Of a DNA stretch of 64,000 nucleotides, positions 1 through 10,509 are shown in pieces. A model generated the notes under the pieces. It had not been told where the DNA came from and did not search any database. It saw nothing but the letters and a program-made list of their open reading frames with translations. A program made the position numbers and the translations under genes. Numbering within the stretch: the stretch's first letter is position 1; each line of letters begins with the position of its first letter. The stretch is from positions 16,228 to 80,227 of the forward strand of contig CAZZBB010000076.1 in the NCBI GenBank assembly GCA_964652195.1, written 5' to 3'. This DNA is from an uncultured bacterium. Its GTDB lineage: Bacteria; Poribacteria; WGA-4E; WGA-3G.

Positions 1-2
1 GT

Positions 3-2474
3 GTTAACCCAATTATTGGATGCGAGGTAAATGTAAAAAAAGAAGATTCATCAACCGTAGGAAAGGGGGAAGAGATATCTTATGAACTTACTTTACTGGC
101 TGAAAATAACGAAGGATATCATAACCTATTAGAGTTGACATCATTGGGTTATACACAGGGATTTCAGCGGAAACCATACGTCAGTATGGAAATGTTACGG
201 GAATATCATTCTGGTATTATAGCGTTAACAGGTTGTATTAATGGAATAGTACCGAAACTAATCCATTCAAATCAGAGAGATGAAGCCATTCGAAATCTAT
301 TGACACTAAAGGATATAATGGGTGAAGACCATCTCTATGTTGAGATACAGAACCATTATATGGATCAAGAGAGGGCTGTATATCCTACAATGGTGGAATT
401 TGCCAAAGAGTATAATATTCCAATAGTAGGAACAAATGACTGTCACTATCTAAGAAAAACTGACCATAGAATGCATGATATACTGCTCTGTATTAAAGGA
501 AAGAAATCTGTCAACGATCCAGATCGGCTACGTTTCAACAACCATTTTTACTTTAAGAATGCGGAGGAAATGCAGGATGCTCTAAAGGATTACCCATCTG
601 AAGCTATTATTAATACACTTGAGATAGCTGAACGATGTAACTTACGACTTAACTACGATGATCGAGTGATGCCAAAATTTGATATTCCTGAAGGATATAC
701 ACATAAAACTTACTTAAGAAAACTTTGTTATGATGGGTTATATGAAAAGTATGGGAGTCATCTCTCTGATCCAATTCAAAAACGAATGGATTACGAATTA
801 GATGTAATAGAAAAGACAGGCAGTGCTGACATTTTCTTAATCGTTTCAGATTATGTAAATTATGCAAGGAAACAAGGACACCTAATGTCAGCTCGCGGTA
901 CAGCAGCGAGTAGTCTCGTTCTATATGCATTGGATGTAATTAACTTTAATCCAATGGATTATGGGTGTTTATTCGAAAGATTCCTAAACCTTGATAGGAT
1001 GAAATCACCTGATATTGACATTGATTTTGCTGATAATGCTCTTGACGATGTGCTAGATTATATCGTAAGAAAATACGGGCATGATTCTGTAGGGAAAATC
1101 GCAGCCTTCACAACATTTAGGGCAAGAGATGCTATAAAAAATGTTGGACGTGTTCTGGAAATTTCAAATGAGAAAATTAAGGAGTTGATTGATCTTGTTC
1201 CAGGTATAAGTATTTCTCTTGATGGAATAATAAAACGAGATACAGAATTTCAAAGCCTTGTAGAACTACCTGAGAATAAAGAATTAATAGAAATTAGTAG
1301 AGCAATAGAAGGAATGAAACATCATGTATTCACCCATGCATCTGCAATCGCTATTGCAAACGGTCCACTCACTGGATACGTGCCCCTCTTTAAGGATCGA
1401 AAGGGGCAAATAGCAGCTCAGTTTGGAAGTAAAGACATTAAAAATATAGGGTTAGTAAGATTTGATTCACTCGGTGTACGGAGTCTATCAGAAACTGCAG
1501 ACTGTTTGGAAATGATTTCAGAGAATCATAAAGTCAAGATTAATCTTGAAGATATCCCACTTGATGATATAACAACTTACACACTATTTAGTGAAGGATT
1601 ACTTGCCGGTATATTTCAATTTGATATATCACAAGATTTTAAACAGGTCGTAGCAGAGTTAAGACCTGAGAACTTTGAAGAATTCTCTGCTATCCTTACT
1701 CTGTTTCGTCCTGCACCTATTCATAACGGGGATCTTCAATTGTTCATAGAACGTAAACATGGCAATCAACCGATAGAATACATACATACATCCCTTGAAC
1801 CTGTCCTCAAGAATACATACGGTATCTGTTTATATCAAGAACAGGTTATGCAGATTGTATGTGATGTAGCGGGATTTTCTCTTGGCAAGGCAGAAATACT
1901 GCGGAATGCAATAGGTAGAAGGGATGAATTTACAACAAATGAAATACATTCCGATTTCATAAGCGGTTCAATGAATAATGGTATAATAAGAGATGATGCT
2001 CAAAGAATTTTTGACTATCTGAAATCTGTTGGAGAGTATGCTTTTAACAGATCTCATGCTATTGCTTATTCATTGTTAGCCTATAGGATGGCATATCTCA
2101 AAGTTCATTATCCACATGAATTTATGACTGCAATAATGAAAAGCAAGATCACAGATTCAGAGAAAATTCAGCTTTACAAAGCAGAATGTTCAAGACTCAA
2201 AGATTTCTTGGATGTAGAAATCAACCTACTTCCATTAGATATCAACTATAGTTCAAAAGACTTCACAATAGACGGAAAGAGTATCCGAGTTGGTTTACTC
2301 ACTATTGACGAACTTAATGAAGAAACAGTTGATTCGATTATTACAGAAAGAAATCGTAATGGAATATATACTTCTATCTCCGACTTCAAAAATCGATTGT
2401 TAGGGAATGCAATTAATAAGGAACAAATTAATCACATTGCTGCATCAGGTGCATTTGATAAATTACCTGAATAA
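3..2474 (+). CDS. dnaE: DNA polymerase III alpha subunit (DnaE family), 5' end outside window, C-terminally short
   Basis: Frame is open from position 3 (VNPIIGCEVNV...YELTLLAENNEGYHNLLEL), upstream of the ORF-track start at 135. PHP motifs LTGC, EIQNH and TNDCHY; catalytic SPDIDIDF and RFDSLG; YQEQVMQ, YAFNRSHAIAY; ends at the HhH-region motif ASGAFDKL. Confidence 0.93.
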   Translation, partial: VNPIIGCEVNVKKEDSSTVGKGEEISYELTLLAENNEGYHNLLELTSLGYTQGFQRKPYVSMEMLREYHSGIIALTGCINGIVPKLIHSNQRDEAIRNLLTLKDIMGEDHLYVEIQNHYMDQERAVYPTMVEFAKEYNIPIVGTNDCHYLRKTDHRMHDILLCIKGKKSVNDPDRLRFNNHFYFKNAEEMQDALKDYPSEAIINTLEIAERCNLRLNYDDRVMPKFDIPEGYTHKTYLRKLCYDGLYEKYGSHLSDPIQKRMDYELDVIEKTGSADIFLIVSDYVNYARKQGHLMSARGTAASSLVLYALDVINFNPMDYGCLFERFLNLDRMKSPDIDIDFADNALDDVLDYIVRKYGHDSVGKIAAFTTFRARDAIKNVGRVLEISNEKIKELIDLVPGISISLDGIIKRDTEFQSLVELPENKELIEISRAIEGMKHHVFTHASAIAIANGPLTGYVPLFKDRKGQIAAQFGSKDIKNIGLVRFDSLGVRSLSETADCLEMISENHKVKINLEDIPLDDITTYTLFSEGLLAGIFQFDISQDFKQVVAELRPENFEEFSAILTLFRPAPIHNGDLQLFIERKHGNQPIEYIHTSLEPVLKNTYGICLYQEQVMQIVCDVAGFSLGKAEILRNAIGRRDEFTTNEIHSDFISGSMNNGIIRDDAQRIFDYLKSVGEYAFNRSHAIAYSLLAYRMAYLKVHYPHEFMTAIMKSKITDSEKIQLYKAECSRLKDFLDVEINLLPLDINYSSKDFTIDGKSIRVGLLTIDELNEETVDSIITERNRNGIYTSISDFKNRLLGNAINKEQINHIAASGAFDKLPE

Positions 2475-2555
2475 TCTATTTACTTGTATTTGGCAGAATT
2501 GGAGATCAATTCCTATAGGAAGATATATTTGGAAAGTTAGAGAATTTAGACATTA

Positions 2556-2590
2556 AATAAGGCAGATGGATATGTTCCATCTGCCTTATT
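2556..2590. terminator. Probable bidirectional intrinsic terminator between convergent genes
   Basis: Perfect 15-bp inverted repeat aataaggcagatgga-N5-tccatctgccttatt. Confidence 0.75.
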
Positions 2591-2610
2591 TGGTAGGTAT
2601 TGTAAGTAAA

Positions 2611-4890
2611 TTATCTATTGAAAAGGAATGACCTTGATGATATTAATGCCCAAAGCAGGTCTTCCGTATCATCTCGTCTTGTTGATTCTTCAGCAAGATG
2701 TGATATTGCTATATCAAGTTCAACTTCACTCGGATAACGGCTTAGAGTCATTAGATACAATTCGTTAATCAACTCTTTTGGAGGCAACTTTTCTCCCGTC
2801 TTCGGTTCGAGAAATTGTGTGATTGTACCGTTACTGGCTTTCAACTTTTCATTTACATCACGAGAGTTTATGATATGTAATGCCTGTGTAAGAGTTGGTT
2901 CAAGTAAAGGATCTAAGTTCCCTAAGAATTCCCTATCAGAACGTCCAAAAAGGTTAAGGAAACGGGAACTGACGGGTAGTGGCACTTCAACTGCTCGCGT
3001 ACCGTCCGGATAACGTCCATAGTTCTGTGATGTTCCTGTAACATCGTTTAGTACATCCAGTAGCACTTGTGCCATGAGAGGCCTTGGCATAAAACGAGAG
3101 AAGAATCTATCGTCTAATTCATTCGTTTCATTTGGTGCCGCTGACAGTTGATACGTGCGTGAATTTAGTATTAGTTTGATGATATGTTTAGTATCATACC
3201 CGCTTCGTATAAATTCCTCTGCTAAAGCTTCTAATAGTCCTTCAACACTTGCAGGTGTTGTTGCACGCATATCATCCACAGGATCAACGATGCCTCTACC
3301 AAAATAGTAACTCCACAAACGGTTAACCGTTGCTTTTGCGAAATATGGATTAGTATCCTCAATAATCCAATCTGCAAGATGATTTATAGCCTCCGGCCGA
3401 TAAGCCTCTGGTAGTGTATTTCCTCCGAGGAAAGTAGGAACTGCAACTTGTCCTCTATTTCCTTGAACAGATTGATTTATGACACGTCCGCCAGGATTAT
3501 GGTAAACAACGAGTTCTTGATAAATTTCACCACCACGAGTATTGACTTTACCAGTGAAGGCAGCGAAGTTCCAATAATCATCAGTTGTCCATTCGTCAAA
3601 TGGATGTTTATGACATCTTGCACAACTGAGCCGTATACCTAAGAAAACTTGCGCCGTGGTTTCTGCTCTACCTGAAGGTTGGCGTTCAATTCGATAATAG
3701 TTCGTAGGTCCATGCTGGTATGTACTTCCCCGGGCAGTAATGATTTCATGGACAAATTGGTTATAGGGTTTATCTTCTACGACTGAATCTCTTATGTATT
3801 CATGGAAAAGTGTCGCAGCACGGTCACCATACTGTCCGTTTCCGAGTCTACGGGGATGTACACGTAACATATCCGCAATTTTCAGTGTACGTAAGTCAAT
3901 CCATTCTGGTGTATCCATTAATGAATCAATTAATACTGATCGTTTATCTTGATGTTGGTCGCTGAGGAATGTACGCACTTCTTCAGTCGTTGGTAATTTA
4001 CCAACTGTATCTAAATAAATTCGACGTATGAATACTTCATCAGACGCGAGTTCAGAGGGACGGACATTTAGTTTCTCAAGTTTTGCAGCGACGAAATCAT
4101 CAATGAAATTGTTCTTTTGTAATTCTGGATATGGTTCACCGCCAGACTCTCGTGGAACGGTAATGAATGTAGATGAGACGACTCCTAAATATCGTGCTAA
4201 GATAGCAGTTCCACCCCAACGTTCACTCGTTACCAATCCATTTTCTGTGACAGCTGCAACCGGTTCGTCTTTAGATTCAAAGACGGCTTGGTGGGTTACA
4301 TCTTCCATGGAGCCATCTGTAAAATGTGCGATAACCTTTAACTGTTTTGTTTCTCCCACTGTATTAAAGACAGTCTCTTTTGGCTGCATCTCAAGTTTGT
4401 CTAAGCGGGGTTCATCAGGTGAGAAGGGGGCACCAGCAGAAATCCAACGTAGGATTGTATCTGCTTCATTAGAATCAGGTTCAAATCTCATACCACCAGC
4501 ATGTGGGATTTGTCCAGTAGGTTTCAGGTATAGAAGACTTTGATCAGGTTCAATTAGGTTGATACGTCTACCCCGATTATGGAATACAATGGGTTTATGA
4601 TCGGATTCCGGATTTAGGGTAAGTAAAGATAGATTTAAGCCTCCCTGTCCGCCAAATTTACCATGGCATAATCCTGCGGAACATCCTTGTTTGTCAAGAA
4701 TAGGTGCAATATCTTTGAGGAAAAGAGGCGTACGTTCGGTTACTTCGTCATGAGATTGGGTATCACTGTCTACTACCCCCCAACAAATTGTTGGCTCTAA
4801 CATATATGTATATGCTGTGATTGTACACACAATCAAGATGGTTATAGTGATCTTTAATCTAACGCCTTTCATATCGTATCTCCTTCCCAA
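2611..4890 (-). CDS. DUF1549/DUF1553 (planctomycete PSD1/PSCyt-type) secreted protein with Ig-like domain
   Basis: Signal peptide; CSAGLCHG and CARCHKH motifs; FIRRIYLDTVGKLPT, NRLWSYYFGRGIVDP, FGRSDRE and EDLLWALISS match DUF1549/1553 signatures; Big_2-like Ig segment (QLKVIAHFTDGS...VAAVTENGLV). Confidence 0.85.
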   Translation of the reverse strand: MGRRYDMKGVRLKITITILIVCTITAYTYMLEPTICWGVVDSDTQSHDEVTERTPLFLKDIAPILDKQGCSAGLCHGKFGGQGGLNLSLLTLNPESDHKPIVFHNRGRRINLIEPDQSLLYLKPTGQIPHAGGMRFEPDSNEADTILRWISAGAPFSPDEPRLDKLEMQPKETVFNTVGETKQLKVIAHFTDGSMEDVTHQAVFESKDEPVAAVTENGLVTSERWGGTAILARYLGVVSSTFITVPRESGGEPYPELQKNNFIDDFVAAKLEKLNVRPSELASDEVFIRRIYLDTVGKLPTTEEVRTFLSDQHQDKRSVLIDSLMDTPEWIDLRTLKIADMLRVHPRRLGNGQYGDRAATLFHEYIRDSVVEDKPYNQFVHEIITARGSTYQHGPTNYYRIERQPSGRAETTAQVFLGIRLSCARCHKHPFDEWTTDDYWNFAAFTGKVNTRGGEIYQELVVYHNPGGRVINQSVQGNRGQVAVPTFLGGNTLPEAYRPEAINHLADWIIEDTNPYFAKATVNRLWSYYFGRGIVDPVDDMRATTPASVEGLLEALAEEFIRSGYDTKHIIKLILNSRTYQLSAAPNETNELDDRFFSRFMPRPLMAQVLLDVLNDVTGTSQNYGRYPDGTRAVEVPLPVSSRFLNLFGRSDREFLGNLDPLLEPTLTQALHIINSRDVNEKLKASNGTITQFLEPKTGEKLPPKELINELYLMTLSRYPSEVELDIAISHLAEESTRRDDTEDLLWALISSRSFLFNR

Positions 4891-5102
4891 TATGGGAATT
4901 CGTAGCGATGTTTTATCACATAGCGAGTATCGTAATGTAATCTCTCAAGTATCCAATGTCAATATTATATTAATTGTCTATGCCTTGTAAATTGATCTCG
5001 TCAAGTATTTCAGTATTGAGTGCTTGTTTAAAGAGTTTGTCAATATGTAAGTACTTTTAATTTCCTTGTAGTGTAAATTATACCTTAAATCTAATCTAAA
5101 TG

Positions 5103-7586
5103 TCATACAAAAACTTCAGAAAAGACTTCGGAAACATGTTCAACAAAATGGAATTTGAGACCGTCTTGAATATCTTCTGGGATTTCAACAAAATCCTTCT
5201 CATTACCTTGAGGCACAATGACTGTCTTAATACCAGCCTGTTTAGCAGCAAGTATTTTCTCTTTTATACCTCCGATAGGGAGAACTCTACCCCTTAGTGT
5301 CATTTCACCGGTCATTGCGATTTCTGGATTAACACCACGTTTTGTTGCTATTGAGGCAATCGCAGTTGCGATTGTTATACCAGCGGAGGGACCATCTTTT
5401 GGTATTGCCCCTGCAGGAACATGAATATGTATATCCTCCTGCAAAACATTAGATTCAAATCTTAGTTCAGATGATTGTGATTTAACATACGTGAGTGCAG
5501 TCTGTGCGGATTCCTGCATTACGTCCCCTAACTGACCCGTAATGCGTAGATCACTGTTTCCAGTTTGACTTTGTGTTGCAGTTGCTTCCACGAAGAGTAT
5601 TTCTCCTCCAGCAGGTGTGACAGAGAGTCCGGTAGCTACCCCCACATCAGGATCACGTCCTGCTATTTCGGATTCAAATTTTGGCGGACCAAGGTAGTTA
5701 GGTATTTCATCATCTCCGATTGTTGTCTGCTCAATTCCTCCTTCTGCGAACTTGCGTGCAGATTTACGGCAAAGTGTACCGAGTTCTCTTTCTAAATTAC
5801 GCACTCCTGCTTCTCGGGTGTATTTTGTAATGACATTTTCAATTGCGTCATCGGAGATCTCTAATTGTTTATCAGTGATTCCGTTGGCAGTAAGTTGTCG
5901 TGGAATTAGATATTGCTTGGCTATCTGCTTTTTCTCATTAGAGGTATACCCCAGCAAATCAATTGTTTCCATTCGATCACGAAGGGGTGGTGGAATTGTA
6001 TGAATCTGATTGGCAGTCGTGATAAACATAATATTGGATAGATCAAATGGAACATCTAAATAGTTATCAGTAAATGCGTTATTTTGTTCGGGATCCAGCA
6101 CCTCAAGGAGTGCTGCTGCAGGATCTCCACGGAAATCTGATCCGAGTTTATCAATCTCATCCAGCATGAAGACGGGATTATTAGATTCTGCTTGCCGTAT
6201 TCCTTTAACAATACGTCCCGGCATAGATCCTATATATGTTCGCCGATGACCACGTATTTCTGCTTCGTCGTGCATACCACCTAAAGAGATACGAACGAAT
6301 TTTCTTCCGATGGCACGAGCTATAGACTTACCCAAAGAGGTTTTTCCTACACCTGGTGGTCCTACAAAACAGAAAATAGGTCCCTTCATGTCGGATTTGA
6401 GCAACTGTACTGCCAGATAATCAACGATTCTCTCTTTTACCTTTGTCAGGTTGTAATGGTCTTCGTCAAGAATCTCCATTGCCCTTGTTAGTTCGATGGA
6501 ATCCTCTGTACTTACCGACCATGGCAGGTTTAGTAGCCAATCCAGATAATTGCGGGAAACAGTTGATTCTGGAGAATAGGATTGCATTTTTGATAATCTA
6601 TTGAGTTCTTTTGTTGCTGCTTTTTCTGCTTTTTCAGGTAGACCTGCAGACTCTAATTGTTCGCGCATCTCATCAATATCAGCTGTTAAATCATCTGCTT
6701 CACCGAGTTCTGTCTGTATTGCCTTAAGTTGTTCCCGAAGGAAATATTCACGTTGTCCCTTATTGATAACAGCTTGTGCGTTGGATTGGATTTTACTTTC
6801 TAATTCATGAAGGTCAACTTCTTTGGCGAGGATGACAGTGAGTTTGTTCAGCCGTTCAGGTATATCAATTGCTTCAAGAATCTGTTGTTTTTCTTGAGGT
6901 TTTATGTCTAAAACAGCAGCAACATAATCCGCCAATTGTCCCGGTTCATCAATATTTTTTGTCATGAGTCCATGTTCCTCTTGGTAACGTGAGGAAAGTT
7001 GGACAATCCGTTGGAACATTTCGTCTATGCTGCGGACAAGTGCTTCAATCTCCATATCATCTTGATCGGATGATTCGGATGTTTCTTCAGATAATTCTGG
7101 AGTTTCATCATCTTGAATTAACCGAACCCGTGCTTTTAGAAATGGCTCTGTGTGAAGAATTTCCTCAATCTGTACTCTGGAACGGCCATAGGCAAGAAAC
7201 AGAACATCGTCATCATCTTTTTTAGATCGTAGGATATTAATCTGACTACCAATGGGACTTAATTCATCAATCGTCATATCCTTCACAACGTTGGGGTCCG
7301 TGTCTAAACTTCGACCAGATGTAGTTTGGAAGATGCAAAGTACTCGCTCACAATTTAACATTGCATCATCAACGGCATCCATAACGGTTTTACCTGAAAG
7401 CGCGACATGATGTGGCGGAAAAGGTGGAACTGGTGGCATTGAAGGGAATACTACCAGATCATCAACTGGCAGAATAGGTAATTCTACAATCTCTTCTTCT
7501 TCTTCAACATCTTCAGATTCTTTTTTAGCTTTAACTTCTTTGATATCTTCAGAATCTTCTTGTTCTATTGTGTTTTCATTTTCCAC
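5103..7586 (-). CDS. lon: ATP-dependent protease La (Lon)
   Basis: Walker A GPPGVGKT, GGMHDEAEIRGHRRTYIG, LLEVLDPEQN, catalytic PKDGPSAG and GGIKEK. Confidence 0.97.
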   Translation of the reverse strand: MENENTIEQEDSEDIKEVKAKKESEDVEEEEEIVELPILPVDDLVVFPSMPPVPPFPPHHVALSGKTVMDAVDDAMLNCERVLCIFQTTSGRSLDTDPNVVKDMTIDELSPIGSQINILRSKKDDDDVLFLAYGRSRVQIEEILHTEPFLKARVRLIQDDETPELSEETSESSDQDDMEIEALVRSIDEMFQRIVQLSSRYQEEHGLMTKNIDEPGQLADYVAAVLDIKPQEKQQILEAIDIPERLNKLTVILAKEVDLHELESKIQSNAQAVINKGQREYFLREQLKAIQTELGEADDLTADIDEMREQLESAGLPEKAEKAATKELNRLSKMQSYSPESTVSRNYLDWLLNLPWSVSTEDSIELTRAMEILDEDHYNLTKVKERIVDYLAVQLLKSDMKGPIFCFVGPPGVGKTSLGKSIARAIGRKFVRISLGGMHDEAEIRGHRRTYIGSMPGRIVKGIRQAESNNPVFMLDEIDKLGSDFRGDPAAALLEVLDPEQNNAFTDNYLDVPFDLSNIMFITTANQIHTIPPPLRDRMETIDLLGYTSNEKKQIAKQYLIPRQLTANGITDKQLEISDDAIENVITKYTREAGVRNLERELGTLCRKSARKFAEGGIEQTTIGDDEIPNYLGPPKFESEIAGRDPDVGVATGLSVTPAGGEILFVEATATQSQTGNSDLRITGQLGDVMQESAQTALTYVKSQSSELRFESNVLQEDIHIHVPAGAIPKDGPSAGITIATAIASIATKRGVNPEIAMTGEMTLRGRVLPIGGIKEKILAAKQAGIKTVIVPQGNEKDFVEIPEDIQDGLKFHFVEHVSEVFSEVFV

Positions 7587-7677
7587 AGTTTTCGTCTCCT
7601 TAAGAAACGAGGTAAGAGTTTATTCTGATAGTACATTGTGTTTTGAAATATAGTTTAACAATATTTCATTAAAATGT

Positions 7678-8799
7678 CTAATTATTACTCTTTTGGTTGG
7701 TAGTTTCAATCCAACCACGTTCTTCTCTAATTATAACCTCTGTATTAAGTTCAGCACACCGTTTCTGATAATCCTTCAAAGTTTCTATTGCTGTGCCCTG
7801 TAAGTTGGGCTTTTTAGGTTTCGGCACGATTTCTTTTGCGTGTAGTACACTTGGTTGGGGAATTGACTTTCCCATTTTATCTACTAAGATTGGTATCAAT
7901 TCAATGGATTTTAGATTGCTATCATCATAGACTATCTTTGGAATAACAGTACGGGCATATTGTAAGGAATAGTTATCGTAGATAAAGTCAGCCAAACTAT
8001 AAATAATAGGTTTTTCGTTATAGATTTCAATCCCACTAAGTGAATGAAGTTGTTGACACAATACTAAATCTGCCCCTTCGTCAATCAGTGCTTGTGCAAA
8101 GATACGTTGCCGACCAATACTTGCTTTACGGGTCTTTGCATCAGCTTCACTTTTGCCCCAATGTAGCCAGACGATAACCAGATCAGCCTGATTATCTACA
8201 CTTCTAACAGCACGGGTCATTTGACTATAGGCAGCTGAAGCGACAGGGTCTAATGTTGCCATATTGAATTCATTACCACGGAGATATGCAAAAAATGCAA
8301 TTTTTTTATCTTTAACATCTATCCACGCGGGTTTGTTTGCTGCTTCAGGTGTAATACCAGCACCCATTGATTTCACATTATACCAATCAAGATGTGTCAC
8401 TGTATCTTCAAGCGCAACTATGCCGAAATCCATGATATGGGGTGTTGCTAAGGAAATAGCATCAAAACCAGCGTTTGCCAAAGCGCGTGCAAGTCCGGGT
8501 GCTGCACGGAATCGGAACTCTTGATTTGGATCTGGTTCACCTCTATCTGATATACTGGAATTGAGGGATACAGTAGCTACATCTGCAGATTGAATTATTG
8601 ATGCCGTTCCTTCAAAAAACACGCCTGCACCACTTCGTTCTATCAAAGGTGTAAACGCACTTCCGATGGTGATATCGCCAACAGCAATAATAGAAATTTC
8701 ACCCTCATTTTCTTGTGGGGTCGTGGATGCTGCTATCAACGGAATCCCACTTTGTAATATAGCGATTGCAAGTGTGAGGTAGAGGACTCGTATTTTCAT
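7678..8799 (-). CDS. CapA family (metallophosphoesterase-fold) secreted protein with degenerate motifs
   Basis: Signal peptide; AVGDI, FRFRA, GFDAISLATPHIMDFG, LHWG, IIYSLADF follow the CapA motif order. Confidence 0.8.
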   Translation of the reverse strand: MKIRVLYLTLAIAILQSGIPLIAASTTPQENEGEISIIAVGDITIGSAFTPLIERSGAGVFFEGTASIIQSADVATVSLNSSISDRGEPDPNQEFRFRAAPGLARALANAGFDAISLATPHIMDFGIVALEDTVTHLDWYNVKSMGAGITPEAANKPAWIDVKDKKIAFFAYLRGNEFNMATLDPVASAAYSQMTRAVRSVDNQADLVIVWLHWGKSEADAKTRKASIGRQRIFAQALIDEGADLVLCQQLHSLSGIEIYNEKPIIYSLADFIYDNYSLQYARTVIPKIVYDDSNLKSIELIPILVDKMGKSIPQPSVLHAKEIVPKPKKPNLQGTAIETLKDYQKRCAELNTEVIIREERGWIETTNQKSNN

Positions 8800-9269
8800 T
8801 CTTCATTCTTAAGTTGTGTGCCGATTCTAATCAATGCATCAGCGAGTGTATGTCGGTCGACTTGAATATTCTTTTGCAGCATTTGCGATTCTGTACGTAG
8901 TTCTTCAATTTGGGCATGGAAGTCAGTAGCAAACTCATTGATGAGTTGTGATAATTTATCAAGATCATTTTCGTTTCGACTAATCAGTTCATCAATCCGT
9001 GTATCAACCCGTTGCACGATATTGTCAGGTATATTCCCGTGTTGCTCTTTAACTTCTGAGAGTTCACTTACAAGTCTCGCTTCGACATCTGCGATACTCT
9101 TTCGTGTATTTTCAAGCTCCTGTGTTAATAACTCTAATTTCTCATTATACACACGAAAATCATCACCAAAAATATTATTGCGTAGATAGGATTCTAAGTT
9201 GGGTTGTTGTTGTGTTTCTGTCTCCTGTGATTCTTCAATCTCAGAGGGTTTTATTTCTCGCATTAACAA
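8796..9269 (-). CDS. Hypothetical coiled-coil protein
   Basis: 157 aa helical heptad-rich ORF; contains LRNNIFG-like motif; overlaps the start of the CapA gene by 4 nt. Confidence 0.7.
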   Translation of the reverse strand: MLMREIKPSEIEESQETETQQQPNLESYLRNNIFGDDFRVYNEKLELLTQELENTRKSIADVEARLVSELSEVKEQHGNIPDNIVQRVDTRIDELISRNENDLDKLSQLINEFATDFHAQIEELRTESQMLQKNIQVDRHTLADALIRIGTQLKNEE

Positions 9270-9450
9270 TCTCCTTGGACTATTTTAAACTTAGATGTAT
9301 TTCCTATCATTTTTGTTTATATTATCTCTAAGCGAGATTATATTTTTTTGCCAGACTGTTAAGTGCAGTTCCCTAATCTCACCATCCTAGATTCAGTAAA
9401 TCAGATATTATTCCTGTTATTGGAACTTGAAAGATTTCCTTCTTCAAGTA

Positions 9451-10509
9451 CTATGGATAGTTATACAGATTCTGAGGTGTCTCTTCATCTTGTTCTTGGT
9501 CTATTTGCGTTATGGGTTCAACTGTGTCTTGATTGCGATTTGCGTTGAATTCACGAAGGATACAGTCGACTATGTCCTCACTGTATGCTTCAGCAGAAAC
9601 CTGTCCTTGATTTGCCTCCCAAGCCATTCGTGCTACTGCTTCAAAATATTCTGCATGTTTATAAGCATCTAAAAGGTCTGACCCGCGAGAGAATGTGCCA
9701 TGCCCTATCCAATATAAGATGTAACGCATAGGATCAGATCCATTTTCAAATAAACGTAAACTCTCAAACGATAGATCAGGTATTCCTGGAACTCTCTCTT
9801 GTACGAATCCGATACCCCCGCATGTATCATAAATAATCGGTGTTTCCGGTTCATATCCTCTCAGAAAACTGTAAAACCTATCTGGGTGTCCATGTTGTGT
9901 ACGTGAAATAAGGTTTAAAAACTTGGGCTGCAGGTGGACTAATGCTTGAAATCCGTCGTTCTCTAACTGTTCAAAAACAAGTAGATAGTGGAACATTTCA
10001 CTTGTAGGTACACACTTTAAAGATGATTCCTCCAAATTAACTTGATTCAACTGTTCTTGGTTTGGTGTACCGAACCGCATCCGGTAATGTGTCCCGTCTG
10101 GTTCAACTTCTATGACGGTGAGATTCAATGCTGGGTGTTCTATGCCAATCATATCCAATCTTGAACCAGATTTGGACAGAAGGATATGTCTTCCTGCCAA
10201 TCCTTTAACCACAATTGCTTCAGGGAGTGCATATCGTGGAGATTGTTCATAGGTGAGAAGACATTTTTCCTCTACTGTCTCTGACAATATCACACCCATA
10301 TTCCCCGCAGATGCCCACAGGTAATCGTGGAAATGTGCATGTGCTCCCACCCAACCCATTTGACCAATACAAGTGCCAATTTCACTGTCGGATGATAAGG
10401 GATGGAGATTGGGTTGATAACCTCTTGCACACCACTGTTTATAACGATAACTATGTGCTGGTGGGGGTTGTAGATGTGTTAGGTACGGATTGGCTAAAGA
10501 TAACTCCAC
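9451..10509 (-). CDS. Class II aldolase/adducin-fold protein (RhaD-like), divergent
   Basis: WASAGNMG, LLSKSG, PTSEMFHY, ALVHLQP and WIGHGTFSRG resemble the RhaD motifs NGGN, PTSE, MHCH and WPFHG. Confidence 0.6.
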   Translation of the reverse strand: MELSLANPYLTHLQPPPAHSYRYKQWCARGYQPNLHPLSSDSEIGTCIGQMGWVGAHAHFHDYLWASAGNMGVILSETVEEKCLLTYEQSPRYALPEAIVVKGLAGRHILLSKSGSRLDMIGIEHPALNLTVIEVEPDGTHYRMRFGTPNQEQLNQVNLEESSLKCVPTSEMFHYLLVFEQLENDGFQALVHLQPKFLNLISRTQHGHPDRFYSFLRGYEPETPIIYDTCGGIGFVQERVPGIPDLSFESLRLFENGSDPMRYILYWIGHGTFSRGSDLLDAYKHAEYFEAVARMAWEANQGQVSAEAYSEDIVDCILREFNANRNQDTVEPITQIDQEQDEETPQNLYNYP

